Shown here: positions 19,192 to 28,980 of the stretch, piece after piece
Layout of the letters: each line of letters opens with the position of its first letter
Numbering within the stretch: position 1 is the stretch's first letter
Source: an uncultured Gammaproteobacteria bacterium
Lineage (GTDB): Bacteria; Patescibacteriota; Patescibacteriia; 2-01-FULL-39-33
Reading direction: 5' to 3'
Length of the DNA: 64,000 nt
NCBI GenBank assembly: GCA_964558935.1
Contig: CAZLFP010000001.1
Coordinates: 5,299 to 69,298, forward strand
Notes under the pieces: generated by a model
The model's input: the letters and a program-made list of their open reading frames with translations, nothing else
Told to the model about the DNA's origin: nothing
Database searches by the model: none
Program-made: the position numbers and the translations under genes

Positions 19192-20679
19192 ATGGGAATT
19201 GAAATATCTTTTAATTTTGAGGCCTGGCTAGCAAATTTACTGGCCTTTGGTTCTCAACCACCAACTCTCATTGCCTGGCAGCTGTTTATACAAGGCGGCT
19301 GGGTGATTTTTTTAGTTTTAATCATCTATGTTTTCTACCTTACTTGGCTGGATATGCGCCAAGGCAAGTTTGCCGGTAAATGGCAGCATGTTTTATTAGC
19401 CATAGATATTCCCAGAAACAACGAACAAACTCCTAAGGCTGTGGAAAGTGTATTTGCGGCGTTGGCTGGAACTCAATCCAGCGGTAATTTAATCGATATC
19501 TACTGGGAAGGTAAGGTTCAAGAAAGCTTTTCCTTTGAAATCGTCTCTTTAGAAGGCTATATTCAATTTTTAATTCGTACACCCAGTCATTACCGAGACT
19601 TAATCGAAGCTGCCATTTACGCCCAATATCCCGAAGCAGAAATTACAGAAGTCAATGACTACACAGCTGATTATGCCAAATTGACTTTTCCAAATCAAGA
19701 ATACAAACTTTGGGGAACTGAGTTTGTGTTGGTCAAGGATTATCCTTTTCCCATTAAAACCTATCCTGAATTTGAACATACTTTGAGTGGTAATTTTTTA
19801 GACCCCATGGCTGGTTTGTTGGAGATTATGTCACGATTTGGACCCGGTGAACAGATTTGGTTACAGTTTGTAGTCACTCCATTGAAAGCCCCGGGTTGGG
19901 ATGAAAAAGCGGTCAAAGTCTTGAAGGCCTTCAAAGGTGAAGACTATACACCTCCACCCACCTGGGAAGAAAAATACATTGTAAAGCCTGTGACCTTACT
20001 CTTATGGCCCATCACATTTATTATGAATGAGATTTTCGGCTTAGGTGGATCAGGAGCAGAAAAAAAAGAACCAGATCAATGGAAAATGTTTAAAATTTCT
20101 CCTGGTGAACGCCTGGTCTTTGAAAAAATAGAGCGTAAACTGAGCAAGCATGCTTTCAACACCAAATTTAGATTTATCTACTTAGGTAAAGCTGAGGCTT
20201 TTAGCAAACCCAAAGGAATCGGTGGTATTATTAGTGCTATTCAGCAGTACAACACCACGGATGCCAATGGTTTTAAACCGGGCGGTAAAACCAAAACCGG
20301 AGCAGATTATTTTAATGTGGCCAAGAGAACAGCTCAGCGTCAGAACGCCATTTTACGCAATTATGTCAATAGGAGTAATTACTATGGAGAAGCGCCCTCG
20401 GCCATGAAATTAAACACCGAAGAATTAGCTTCCCTTTGGCATTTTCCAACCATCTTAGTTAAAGCGCCCTCAGTGGAAATGGCCGGTTCCAGACGTGCCG
20501 TACCTCCTTCACGCCTACCATACCAAACAGCCAATCAGGCTCCGGCAGCTGCTATTGTTGAACCACCCGCTGCTACAGTGCCATCACCGGTACAGGCTCC
20601 TCAAACAGTCAATGAAACTTCTTCAGATGACACCCGTCCTTCAGAGCCGACTCCACCCCCTAACTTACCGACCGTTTAA
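19192..20679 (+). CDS. membrane protein with large cytoplasmic domain and Pro-rich C-terminal tail
   Basis: N-terminal TM (WVIFLVLIIYVFYLTWL). Immediately upstream of the HerA-like ATPase, so likely one operon. Confidence 0.5.
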   Translation: MGIEISFNFEAWLANLLAFGSQPPTLIAWQLFIQGGWVIFLVLIIYVFYLTWLDMRQGKFAGKWQHVLLAIDIPRNNEQTPKAVESVFAALAGTQSSGNLIDIYWEGKVQESFSFEIVSLEGYIQFLIRTPSHYRDLIEAAIYAQYPEAEITEVNDYTADYAKLTFPNQEYKLWGTEFVLVKDYPFPIKTYPEFEHTLSGNFLDPMAGLLEIMSRFGPGEQIWLQFVVTPLKAPGWDEKAVKVLKAFKGEDYTPPPTWEEKYIVKPVTLLLWPITFIMNEIFGLGGSGAEKKEPDQWKMFKISPGERLVFEKIERKLSKHAFNTKFRFIYLGKAEAFSKPKGIGGIISAIQQYNTTDANGFKPGGKTKTGADYFNVAKRTAQRQNAILRNYVNRSNYYGEAPSAMKLNTEELASLWHFPTILVKAPSVEMAGSRRAVPPSRLPYQTANQAPAAAIVEPPAATVPSPVQAPQTVNETSSDDTRPSEPTPPPNLPTV

Positions 20680-20696
20680 TGATATAATACATACAG

Positions 20697-22394
20697 ATGG
20701 AAGATTTACAGATCGACAAAGTAACAGGCTTTGCTGAAACCAATTTCCGCAACCAGCGGAGAGCTTTTGGCATTAAGCGAGATGACAGGCGTCGTCATAT
20801 GTATATTATTGGTAAAACCGGTATGGGTAAAACCACACTATTGGAGAATATGGTTTTAGCTGATGTTATTAACGGTGAAGGTTGTTGTTACATTGATCCT
20901 CACGGAGATACTGCGGAAAAGATTTTAAATTTCATACCCAATAACCGAGTTAACGATGTTGTTTATTTTAATCCGGCCGATGTAAATTTTCCCATCGCTT
21001 TCAATATTTTGGAAGCAGTGGAAGAAAAAGATAAGCATTTAATTGCTTCTGGCTTAGTGGGCGTTTTTAAGAAGCAGTTTGCCGACAGCTGGGGACCTAG
21101 ATTGGAGTACATTTTGCGCAATGCCATTTTGGCTTTATTGGATTATCCCGGCAGTACTTTGTTAGGCATCATGCGGATTTTAGTGGATGATAAATACCGT
21201 AAAAAAGTGGTTGAAAAGATTAAAGATCCGGTTGTAAAATCTTTTTGGACCAATGAGTATACCAAATGGAATGAAAGAACCCTGCAAGAAGTCATTTCTC
21301 CCATTCAGAATAAGGTTGGACAATTTTTGTCTAATTTCTTAATTAGGAACATTGTTGGCCAGGTGAAATCCACCGTTAACATGCGAGAGATTATAGATAA
21401 CAAGAAGATTTTAATTATGAACTTGTCCAAAGGTAGAATTGGTGAAGACACTATGCAATTACTCGGCTCCATGATGGTGACCAAGTTGTATTTAGCTGCC
21501 ATGAGCCGGGTGGATATTCTGGAAAAAGAACGACAGGATTTTTTCTTGTATGTTGATGAGTTTCAAAATTTTGCGACTGACAGTTTTGCCGACATTCTAT
21601 CTGAAGCCAGAAAGTATCGCTTGAATTTAATTATTGCTCACCAGTTTATTGAACAACTGCCTGAAAATGTGGTAGCAGCAGTTTTTGGTAATGTGGGCAC
21701 TTTGATCAACTTTAGAGTTGGAGCTTCAGATGCCGAGACCTTGGTTAAAGAATTCTCTCCCGTTTTTACAGAAGAGGATTTGGTTAATTTGCCGGCTTTC
21801 AATATTTACCTCAAATTGATGATAGATGGTGTGGCTTCAGATCCTTTTTCCGCTGCCACTTTACCACCTTTATTTGATGAAATGGTGACTAACAATTTTG
21901 AAAAAGTGATTAAAGTTTCCAGAGAAAGATATGCACATCCTAGGACGGTAGTTGAAGACAAGATTAATCGTTGGTCAGCTATGGATTTAAGTGACAAGGT
22001 TATGCAGGCAACCGGTAACAGAGGAGATGGAAAGGGTCAAGCCGGTGGTCAAATCAAGAAAAAGAAAGTGGAAGACAAAAAGAATAAGACCATTAAAATC
22101 AATTGCTCATTATGTGGCAAAGAGGATTATGTCAATTTCCAGCCGGATCCTTCCAAACCCATTTACTGTGATGATTGTTATGAGCGAGTCAGAGAGAATC
22201 GACGAACCAAAAAAGATGATCGGAATGTTAATTTGGATCTAATTGAAAAGTCTGCTCAAAAAAAAGTTCAGAGTATTAAATTGGCAGCAGCTGTCAAACA
22301 AACACCGGTCAATTTCAAACCCACTCAACAACCCAAAAGAAGTAAACAAGCTCCGGTAAAAATAGATGAAGGTCAAGTTGTTAAAATGGATTAA
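20697..22394 (+). CDS. HerA/FtsK-superfamily (DUF87-type) P-loop ATPase with C-terminal C4 zinc ribbon and basic tail
   Basis: Walker A IGKTGMGKTT followed by the HerA-like IDPHGD, Walker B FLYVDEFQNF, and zinc ribbon CSLCGKEDY...CDDCYE. Confidence 0.55.
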   Translation: MEDLQIDKVTGFAETNFRNQRRAFGIKRDDRRRHMYIIGKTGMGKTTLLENMVLADVINGEGCCYIDPHGDTAEKILNFIPNNRVNDVVYFNPADVNFPIAFNILEAVEEKDKHLIASGLVGVFKKQFADSWGPRLEYILRNAILALLDYPGSTLLGIMRILVDDKYRKKVVEKIKDPVVKSFWTNEYTKWNERTLQEVISPIQNKVGQFLSNFLIRNIVGQVKSTVNMREIIDNKKILIMNLSKGRIGEDTMQLLGSMMVTKLYLAAMSRVDILEKERQDFFLYVDEFQNFATDSFADILSEARKYRLNLIIAHQFIEQLPENVVAAVFGNVGTLINFRVGASDAETLVKEFSPVFTEEDLVNLPAFNIYLKLMIDGVASDPFSAATLPPLFDEMVTNNFEKVIKVSRERYAHPRTVVEDKINRWSAMDLSDKVMQATGNRGDGKGQAGGQIKKKKVEDKKNKTIKINCSLCGKEDYVNFQPDPSKPIYCDDCYERVRENRRTKKDDRNVNLDLIEKSAQKKVQSIKLAAAVKQTPVNFKPTQQPKRSKQAPVKIDEGQVVKMD

Positions 22395-22395
22395 G

Positions 22396-22418
22396 ACCCG
22401 CCTGAAGGGCGGGTTTTG
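22396..22418 (+). terminator. intrinsic terminator
   Basis: Stem ACCCGCC / GGCGGGT followed by TTTT. Confidence 0.55.
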
Positions 22419-22456
22419 TAATTGAAGAAAAAAATTAGAAGTGGTATAGTTGAAGT

Positions 22457-22969
22457 ATGCTTGAAATGATTATTTCAACTTTTTATTTATGTCTACCAGC
22501 TTATGTAGCCAATATGCTACCGGCCGTATGTTCGAGGTGGCATTGCTTTAGGTTTTTGGGCAAGCCGGTTCACGAGCGAGCATTCGGAGATCATAAGACT
22601 TGGCGAGGCCTGGTGGTCGGTACTATCGGGGGTATAATTGTAGCCGGTCTTCAGAGTTTAATTACAACCGGTTATGAAATTATAGATTATAATCAAACAT
22701 GGTGGCTATTTGGTTTCTTGGCTGGTTTAGGCGCAGTTCTAGGAGACTTAACTAAGAGTTATTTTAAGCGACGAATTGGCTTTAAACCCGGTGAACCTTG
22801 GCTGTTTTTTGATCAAGTGGATTACCTGGTGGGTTTTTTTTGCTTTACGTCCTTCATTGTGTATCCGACTTGGCAGTTAGTGGCCATCGGTTTGATTCTG
22901 AGCTTAATTTTACATCCTTTGGTTAATCTTGTAGCTTATTATTTAAAAATAAAAGCCGTGTGGTGGTAG
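22457..22969 (+). CDS. CDP-archaeol synthase (CarS/DUF46) family membrane protein
   Basis: Motifs GDHKTWRG and GDLTKSYFKRRIGFKPGE match the CarS/CdsA-like family. About 5 TMs. Confidence 0.55.
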   Translation: MLEMIISTFYLCLPAYVANMLPAVCSRWHCFRFLGKPVHERAFGDHKTWRGLVVGTIGGIIVAGLQSLITTGYEIIDYNQTWWLFGFLAGLGAVLGDLTKSYFKRRIGFKPGEPWLFFDQVDYLVGFFCFTSFIVYPTWQLVAIGLILSLILHPLVNLVAYYLKIKAVWW

Positions 22970-22970
22970 T

Positions 22971-23858
22971 ATGGCCAAAAAAACAGCTTTAATCATCTAT
23001 AATCCGACTGCCGGATTGGACTCTAAATCACAAGTGGATGTTTTAATTGATCAAGAGCTTGCCAAGTTGGGTTTTGAGACGGATTGGTTTATTTTAGACC
23101 AGCACTTTGAGAAGAATATTCAGACCTATGATCTATTGCAAGTTAAATTAGTCGTGGCGGTTGGAGGAGATGGGACAGTGAAAGTAGCCGCTCGTTTAAT
23201 TCTGGATCAGGCTTTAGACGTACCCTTGGCCATTCTGCCCTTTGGCTCAGCCAATGTGGTAGCAGCGGAAATGGGTATTCCTTTCAAGCTAAAAGCGGCT
23301 TTAAAGGTATTGGCTCAATATCAGAAAACAAAAATTGATGTTGGTATAATTAACAACCGTTGGTACTTCTTGGTTGGTTTTTCTTTGGGTTATGTTTCGC
23401 AAATTGTGACCGGTACCACCATTGGACTTAAAAAACGCATGGGTTTTATTGGCTATATATTAAGTTTGTTTTTTAACAAATTCAAGATCCGTAAGTATAA
23501 ATTTCGGATTAGTAACGGTAAAAAAACATGGTGGTTACGAGGCAATAGTCTGGTGGTTTTCAACATGGTTAATTATTATGGGCTTAAACCCAAAAAAATT
23601 ATCAGTCCGACTGACGGTTTGCTAAATTTGTACGTCCTAACCAATAAAACATATTTGGAAATGATCAAGGCCTTTATCTATAGCTTGATCTTCAGTCGAG
23701 TTAAAAAACTAATCTATGACTTTGACAGTCGATATTTCAAGATCGATTTAAGATTTAAAACCAAAACCTGTCAGTTGGACGGAGATTATCTGGAATTGCC
23801 TAAAAGTTTAGAGGTTGTGGTTTTGCCAAAGAAATTAACAGTTATCAGTAATTTATGA
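22971..23858 (+). CDS. diacylglycerol/lipid kinase catalytic-domain protein (YegS/DagK family)
   Basis: DAGK_cat motif VVAVGGDGTV. Confidence 0.65.
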   Translation: MAKKTALIIYNPTAGLDSKSQVDVLIDQELAKLGFETDWFILDQHFEKNIQTYDLLQVKLVVAVGGDGTVKVAARLILDQALDVPLAILPFGSANVVAAEMGIPFKLKAALKVLAQYQKTKIDVGIINNRWYFLVGFSLGYVSQIVTGTTIGLKKRMGFIGYILSLFFNKFKIRKYKFRISNGKKTWWLRGNSLVVFNMVNYYGLKPKKIISPTDGLLNLYVLTNKTYLEMIKAFIYSLIFSRVKKLIYDFDSRYFKIDLRFKTKTCQLDGDYLELPKSLEVVVLPKKLTVISNL

Positions 23859-24901
23859 GTCGAGTAGCAGTCGCTTTAAGCGGAGGAGTAGATTCAGCAG
23901 TGGCAGCCGCCATCTTACAAGACCAAGGACACGAAATAACCGGTGTTTTTGTGGATTTTTGGCTGCCTCAGGAAATGATAAAGAACCAACAATGTACCAA
24001 CCGGCAAGCTTTTGGTCACGCTCAAGAAGTGGCTCGAGCTTTAGGCATTAAATTGGTAAGATTGAATTACAATCGTCAGTTTAAAGACCAGATTGTAAAT
24101 CAGTTCCTCTCAGCTTACCAAACAGGTAAAACACCCAATCCTTGCATTGCCTGTAACAGATTAATTAAGTTTGGTTTGTTGTTGGATCAGGTTAGAACGG
24201 ATTTACAGGCAGATTATTTGGCGACAGGTCATTATGTGCAAGTTAGGCGTTTGGGTAAACAGTATCAATTGCTGAGAGGTAAGGATAAGATTAAAGATCA
24301 ATCCTATTTTTTGTACAACCTGACGCCGGCTAAGTTAAAATATCTGTTGTTTCCGGTGGGAGCTTATACCAAAACTAATATCAGGCGATTAGCCCTTAAA
24401 TATGATTTGCCTGTCGCTCATAATCGAGAGAGTCAGGATATTTGTTTCATCACTTCCAGTACCAGTCAATTTCTCAGAGAATATCTGCATCTTAAGTCCG
24501 GACAGATTGTGGATCAGTCAGGAAGGATTTTGGGTCAGCACCAAGGACTTCCTCTGTATACCTTGGGTCAAAGAACCGGCCTTGGTTTGTCCGGCGGACC
24601 TTGGTATGTGGTTAAAATGGATCGGGCTAAGAACCAATTGATGGTGACACAAGATCAAACCAGTTTGCTTGAGACGGAATTGACTTGTCAGCGAGTTAAT
24701 TGGATTAATCAACCGAAATTACCTTTAAGTTGCAAGGGTCAAATCAGATACCGATCTCAAGCTAATTCCTGCCGAGTGACAAAGATCACTAGTCGTCAGT
24801 ACCGTGTGGTTTTTAAACAGGCTCAGAGAGCTATTATGCCCGGACAGTCCGTGGTTTTCTATGACAAGGAGGTTGTTTTGGGAGGCGGTGTTATCTGTTG
24901 A
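23855..24901 (+). CDS. mnmA: tRNA 2-thiouridine(34) synthase MnmA
   Basis: PP-loop ALSGGVDSAV and the conserved Cys residues of MnmA. Confidence 0.85.
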   Translation: MSRVAVALSGGVDSAVAAAILQDQGHEITGVFVDFWLPQEMIKNQQCTNRQAFGHAQEVARALGIKLVRLNYNRQFKDQIVNQFLSAYQTGKTPNPCIACNRLIKFGLLLDQVRTDLQADYLATGHYVQVRRLGKQYQLLRGKDKIKDQSYFLYNLTPAKLKYLLFPVGAYTKTNIRRLALKYDLPVAHNRESQDICFITSSTSQFLREYLHLKSGQIVDQSGRILGQHQGLPLYTLGQRTGLGLSGGPWYVVKMDRAKNQLMVTQDQTSLLETELTCQRVNWINQPKLPLSCKGQIRYRSQANSCRVTKITSRQYRVVFKQAQRAIMPGQSVVFYDKEVVLGGGVIC

Positions 24902-24947
24902 TTGCATTATTACCGCTATTTTGTTAAGATAATTTAGAAAAACAGCT

Positions 24948-26705
24948 ATGACTTCCAAAGAATTAAGACAAAAATATTTAAACTTTTTTGAAAAAAACGG
25001 ACACGCTGTTATTGCCGGTGCTTCTTTGTTGCCGGAAAACGATCCGACCGTTTTGTTCAATACTGCCGGCATGCAGCCCTTGGTCCCGTATCTTTTGGGT
25101 GAAAAACATCCGCAAGGAACCAGATTGGCAGATGTACAGAAGTGCATTCGGACCGGGGATATTGATGAAGTCGGGGACGGCTGGCATCTGACTTTTTTCC
25201 AAATGTTGGGTAATTGGTCTTTGGGCGATTACAACAAGCAGGAAGCCATTACTTTAAGTTTTAAGTTTTTAACTCAGGAATTGATGATTCCCTTAGATAA
25301 ACTGGCTTTCACTTGTTTTGAAGGTGAAGAGTCCAATAATATTCCCAAAGATGAGGAAGCTGCTCAGGTTTGGCAATCTTTAGGTGTTTCTCCGCTCAGA
25401 ATTAAGTTTTTGGGACGAGAAGACAATTGGTGGGGTCCGGCTGGACAAACCGGTCCGTGTGGTCCGGATACGGAAATGTTCTATTGGGCGTCGGATGAAC
25501 AAGCTCCGCATGAATTTGATCCACAAGACAAGAGGTGGGTTGAAATCTGGAATGATGTATTTATGCAGTACAACAAAACCAAAGAAGGTAAGTATGAAGT
25601 TTTAGAGCAGCAGAATGTGGATACCGGTATGGGTTTGGAAAGAGTAGTGGCGATTTTAAAAGGACATCAAGCTGTGTATGCAATTGAGCCTTTTATTACG
25701 ATTATTAACCAGATATGTGCTTTGTTTGATGCTTCACCTGAAATTTTAGGTCCTGACCAGGAAAAAGCAGTTAGAATTATTGCCGATCATTTAAGAGCTG
25801 CCACCTTTATCTTAGCCGAAGGTGTAGAACCGTCTAATGTGGATCAGGGATATGTTTTAAGGAAGTTGATTAGACGAGCGATTAGATATGGTAATCAGTT
25901 GGGAATTAAAGAATCTTTTACTCATAAAATAGCTGAAGTGGTAATTGCGGAAATGGGTGGCTTTTACTCTGAACTGCGATCTCAAAGAGACTATATTATA
26001 GACCAATTAAACAAGGAGGAAGATAAGTTTGGTAAGACCTTGGAAAAAGGTTTGTCTCAATTTGATAAAATGTCAGCGGAAGATATTTCCGGTGCTCAAG
26101 CTTTTAAGCTGTTCGCCACCTATGGTTTTCCTTTGGAAATGACCAAGGATTTGGCGCGGGAAAAGGGGATTGGAGTGGATGAAGAGGCTTTTAATCTTGA
26201 ATTTAAGAAGCATCAAGAGACTTCCAGACAGGGAGCGGAAAAGAAATTTAAGGGTGGTTTGGCGGATAACAGTGATTTATCTGCTAAAATGCACACGGCC
26301 ACTCATCTGATGCTGGCAGCTTTAAGGCAGGTACTGGGAGATCATGTTTACCAAAAAGGTTCAAATATTACGCCCGACAGAATACGTTTCGATTTTTCCC
26401 ATCCGGATAAATTAACGGATGAACAAAAGCAGAAAGTGGAAGAATTGGTTAACGAACAGATAGAGAAAAAGTTACCAATTGAAATGCAGGAGATGACTTT
26501 GGAAGAAGCAAAGAACAAAGGGGCGATGGGTATTTTTGAACATAAATATGGAGATAAAGTTAAAGTTTACAAAATAGGAGATTTTTCCATGGAAATTTGC
26601 GGTGGTCCGCATGCGGTCAATACCGGCGATTTGGGGCATTTTATGATTAAGAAGGAAGAATCTTCCAGTTCCGGGGTAAGGAGAATCAAAGCGATCTTGG
26701 AATAA
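24948..26705 (+). CDS. alaS: alanine--tRNA ligase, short form lacking the C-Ala domain
   Basis: Catalytic core (FNTAGMQP, GMGLERV) and editing-domain motifs HTATHLM and CGGPHAV are present, but the protein is only 585 aa. Confidence 0.8.
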   Translation: MTSKELRQKYLNFFEKNGHAVIAGASLLPENDPTVLFNTAGMQPLVPYLLGEKHPQGTRLADVQKCIRTGDIDEVGDGWHLTFFQMLGNWSLGDYNKQEAITLSFKFLTQELMIPLDKLAFTCFEGEESNNIPKDEEAAQVWQSLGVSPLRIKFLGREDNWWGPAGQTGPCGPDTEMFYWASDEQAPHEFDPQDKRWVEIWNDVFMQYNKTKEGKYEVLEQQNVDTGMGLERVVAILKGHQAVYAIEPFITIINQICALFDASPEILGPDQEKAVRIIADHLRAATFILAEGVEPSNVDQGYVLRKLIRRAIRYGNQLGIKESFTHKIAEVVIAEMGGFYSELRSQRDYIIDQLNKEEDKFGKTLEKGLSQFDKMSAEDISGAQAFKLFATYGFPLEMTKDLAREKGIGVDEEAFNLEFKKHQETSRQGAEKKFKGGLADNSDLSAKMHTATHLMLAALRQVLGDHVYQKGSNITPDRIRFDFSHPDKLTDEQKQKVEELVNEQIEKKLPIEMQEMTLEEAKNKGAMGIFEHKYGDKVKVYKIGDFSMEICGGPHAVNTGDLGHFMIKKEESSSSGVRRIKAILE

Positions 26706-26800
26706 TTGCCATCATAATTAACAGGTTGACAAAAAAGTCAATCTGTTTTAGTATACAACCAGCTTGTTTTGGGTTACCAACAAACTCGGAGGACTTAGTC

Positions 26801-27121
26801 ATGGGTCAAGTTGAGTATTACTTATTGGCAGTTCAGCTTTTTCCGGGTCAACCACGTGGTGGTGCCTGTTTTTACGCTACCAATGCCAATGAAGCGATTT
26901 TTTGGCTGGCTTCGCCATTTGCAGAAGATCCTCAACTTAAGCAGGTCAACATCCAAGCCATTCTGGAGGGAACTGACCAGGCGTACCCGTATTACCAGGA
27001 TATGCGTGAATCAGATGGCATGGGTCGTTTTTTTGGCAGCTTAACCAGTCTAAAGAAAGGATTGGTTGATATTTTCAGTCAGCACGTGGCTCAGAGTAAC
27101 TGTCACCAGACGACTGGCTAG
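26801..27121 (+). CDS. hypothetical protein (GC-elevated orphan)
   Basis: Promoter TTGACA-17-TAGTAT upstream and SD GGAGGA before ATG 26801. The track ORF starts at 26726. Confidence 0.4.
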   Translation: MGQVEYYLLAVQLFPGQPRGGACFYATNANEAIFWLASPFAEDPQLKQVNIQAILEGTDQAYPYYQDMRESDGMGRFFGSLTSLKKGLVDIFSQHVAQSNCHQTTG

Positions 27122-27126
27122 TCTTT

Positions 27127-27155
27127 TTGACAATTTGGATTGATTTGGATATAAT
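27127..27155 (+). promoter_or_regulatory. sigma70-like promoter
   Basis: TTGACA at 27127-27132, a 17-nt spacer, then TATAAT at 27150-27155. Confidence 0.5.
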
Positions 27156-27187
27156 AGACTGGTTTGCAGCTTAGAAAGGAGGGCAGC

Positions 27188-27271
27188 ATGTACCAGTTGA
27201 AGGCATTTTGGCAGGATAATTGTCAGAGGGTAAAGCCTCATGTATCATCTGTATGCCAAATGGCGAATTAA
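27188..27271 (+). CDS. hypothetical 27-aa peptide
   Basis: SD AAGGAGGG lies 5 nt before the ATG (MYQLKAFWQDNCQRVKPHVSSVCQMAN). Confidence 0.3.
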   Translation: MYQLKAFWQDNCQRVKPHVSSVCQMAN

Positions 27272-27315
27272 GATGGCTATGTGATCCCTTTACCTCAGAC
27301 CAGACAGGAGTCATT

Positions 27316-27480
27316 ATGCAACCAAAGGAGTTGGAAGCAGCGATTAAACAAGACGGCTACCAAGTAATTGAGGGTAAACAGTTTAAGTTTACCTGCTTGG
27401 CAGATGCTGTGGACATGGTCGAAAGACTCAAAGAAAAGCAGATTGCGGACAATGGTTGCAACCATGTCAAATCTGCATAA
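27316..27480 (+). CDS. hypothetical small protein (54 aa; alternative 86-aa form from TTG 27220)
   Basis: SD CAGGAG precedes ATG 27316 and a terminator follows. The track ORF at 27220 begins with TTG and has no SD. Confidence 0.35.
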   Translation: MQPKELEAAIKQDGYQVIEGKQFKFTCLADAVDMVERLKEKQIADNGCNHVKSA

Positions 27481-27493
27481 ACAGCCATCATTT

Positions 27494-27530
27494 AGACGTT
27501 GGTCGACAATACAACCAACGTCTTTATTTT
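27494..27530 (+). terminator. intrinsic terminator
   Basis: Stem AGACGTTGG / CCAACGTCT followed by a T-run. Confidence 0.55.
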
Positions 27531-27723
27531 CCCTAAATTTAGTTGACAAATTATCCAAGATTAGATAAGATAACTATATTATTGACAAATAAGCCAAAAC
27601 TGCTATACTAGGCTTATCCAATAAACAAGTGAATATTGGTATAAATAAGGTAAATTTCTGGGATAGCCACCAGCTATATTGGCTACCAGAAGTTTTATTT
27701 ATCTCTATTTATTAAAATAATCA

Positions 27724-27963
27724 ATGACAGATCAAAACAACCAAGCACCAAATTCCAAAGATTTTCTAGAAGTAGATGGTGAGGTCATAGAGCTCTTGCC
27801 ATCAGCCAAGTTTAAGGTTAAACTAGATAACGGGCCTGAGATTTTGGCTCATCTGTCAGGTAGAATGAGAATGTTCAATATTAAAATTCTACCTGGGGAT
27901 CGAGTTAAGGTTCAGATGACTCCGTATGATTTAACTAAAGGCAGAATTACTTATCGCTATTAA
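27724..27963 (+). CDS. infA: translation initiation factor IF-1
   Basis: S1-like fold ([33 protein letters not shown]). Promoter TTGACA-16-TATACT upstream. Confidence 0.9.
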   Translation: MTDQNNQAPNSKDFLEVDGEVIELLPSAKFKVKLDNGPEILAHLSGRMRMFNIKILPGDRVKVQMTPYDLTKGRITYRY

Positions 27964-27965
27964 TT

Positions 27966-28079
27966 ATGAAAGTTAGAGCGTCAGTTAAAAAAATATGTAA
28001 AGATTGCCAGGTAATCCGCCGAAAAAAGCGGTTGGTTGTGATTTGTAAAAATCCAAAACATAAACAAAGACAAGGTTAA
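27966..28079 (+). CDS. rpmJ: 50S ribosomal protein L36
   Basis: [37 protein letters not shown]. Absent from the ORF track because it is under 60 aa. Confidence 0.85.
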   Translation: MKVRASVKKICKDCQVIRRKKRLVVICKNPKHKQRQG

Positions 28080-28083
28080 GTAT

Positions 28084-28476
28084 ATGGCTATTAGAATCGC
28101 AGGTGTTAATTTACCAAATGAAAAACGGGTTGAAATTGCTTTAACCTATATCTATGGCATTGGCAAGAATTTGTCTCAAAAGATTTTGATTACCGCTCAA
28201 ATAGAGCCTAATATTAGAGTTAAAGATTTAAGTGAAGATCAGGCGAACACTTTGAGAACCATAGTTGAAAAGCAATATCGGGTAGAAGGTGATTTGAAAA
28301 GAGAAGTGATTGGCAATATTAAAAGGTTGAAAGAAATTAAATCATATCGTGGCAGTCGCCATGCTAAGAATCTACCGGCTCGAGGCCAAAGAACCAAGAC
28401 TAACACCCGAACAGTTCGGGGCAATGTTAGAAAAACCATGGGTTCTGGTAGAAAAGATGCTGGTCAAAAGACTTAA
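28084..28476 (+). CDS. rpsM: 30S ribosomal protein S13
   Basis: [11 protein letters not shown]... and a basic C-terminus. Confidence 0.9.
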   Translation: MAIRIAGVNLPNEKRVEIALTYIYGIGKNLSQKILITAQIEPNIRVKDLSEDQANTLRTIVEKQYRVEGDLKREVIGNIKRLKEIKSYRGSRHAKNLPARGQRTKTNTRTVRGNVRKTMGSGRKDAGQKT

Positions 28477-28482
28477 TAATTT

Positions 28483-28956
28483 ATGTCAGAAGAAACAACA
28501 ACTCAAGCCAAGGTGGCAGAACCGACAGCTGTATCAGCGTCAACTGAGGCTGGCACTCCTGAAAAGACTGTTAAAACCAAGAAACGAAAAGGCAAAGCTG
28601 CAAGCCGTCAGGTTAGTTCTGGAAGAGCGTATATTAAATCCACCTATAACAATACAATTGTGACTTTTACTGATCAAAATGGCAATGTTTTAAGCTGGTC
28701 TTCAGCTGGTCAATGTGGGTTTAAGGGTCCTAAAAAATCCACTCCTTATGCTGCTTCTGTGATTGTAAAAGATGCGGCTGACAAGGTTAAAAAATATGGC
28801 CTTAAAGAAGTGGCTGTGTATGTTAAAGGCGTGGGTGGTGGACGCGAGGCAGCAGTTAGAGCTTTAAATGCCAATAATTTAATCGTAGCAGGCATTAAAG
28901 ATGTCACCCCAATTCCTCATAATGGTTGCAGACCTCGCAAATCAAGACGAGTTTAA
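28483..28956 (+). CDS. rpsK: 30S ribosomal protein S11 (with ~30-aa N-terminal extension)
   Basis: Conserved S11 core. Confidence 0.9.
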   Translation: MSEETTTQAKVAEPTAVSASTEAGTPEKTVKTKKRKGKAASRQVSSGRAYIKSTYNNTIVTFTDQNGNVLSWSSAGQCGFKGPKKSTPYAASVIVKDAADKVKKYGLKEVAVYVKGVGGGREAAVRALNANNLIVAGIKDVTPIPHNGCRPRKSRRV

Positions 28957-28980
28957 TTCATAGACTAGATATTTAGATAT

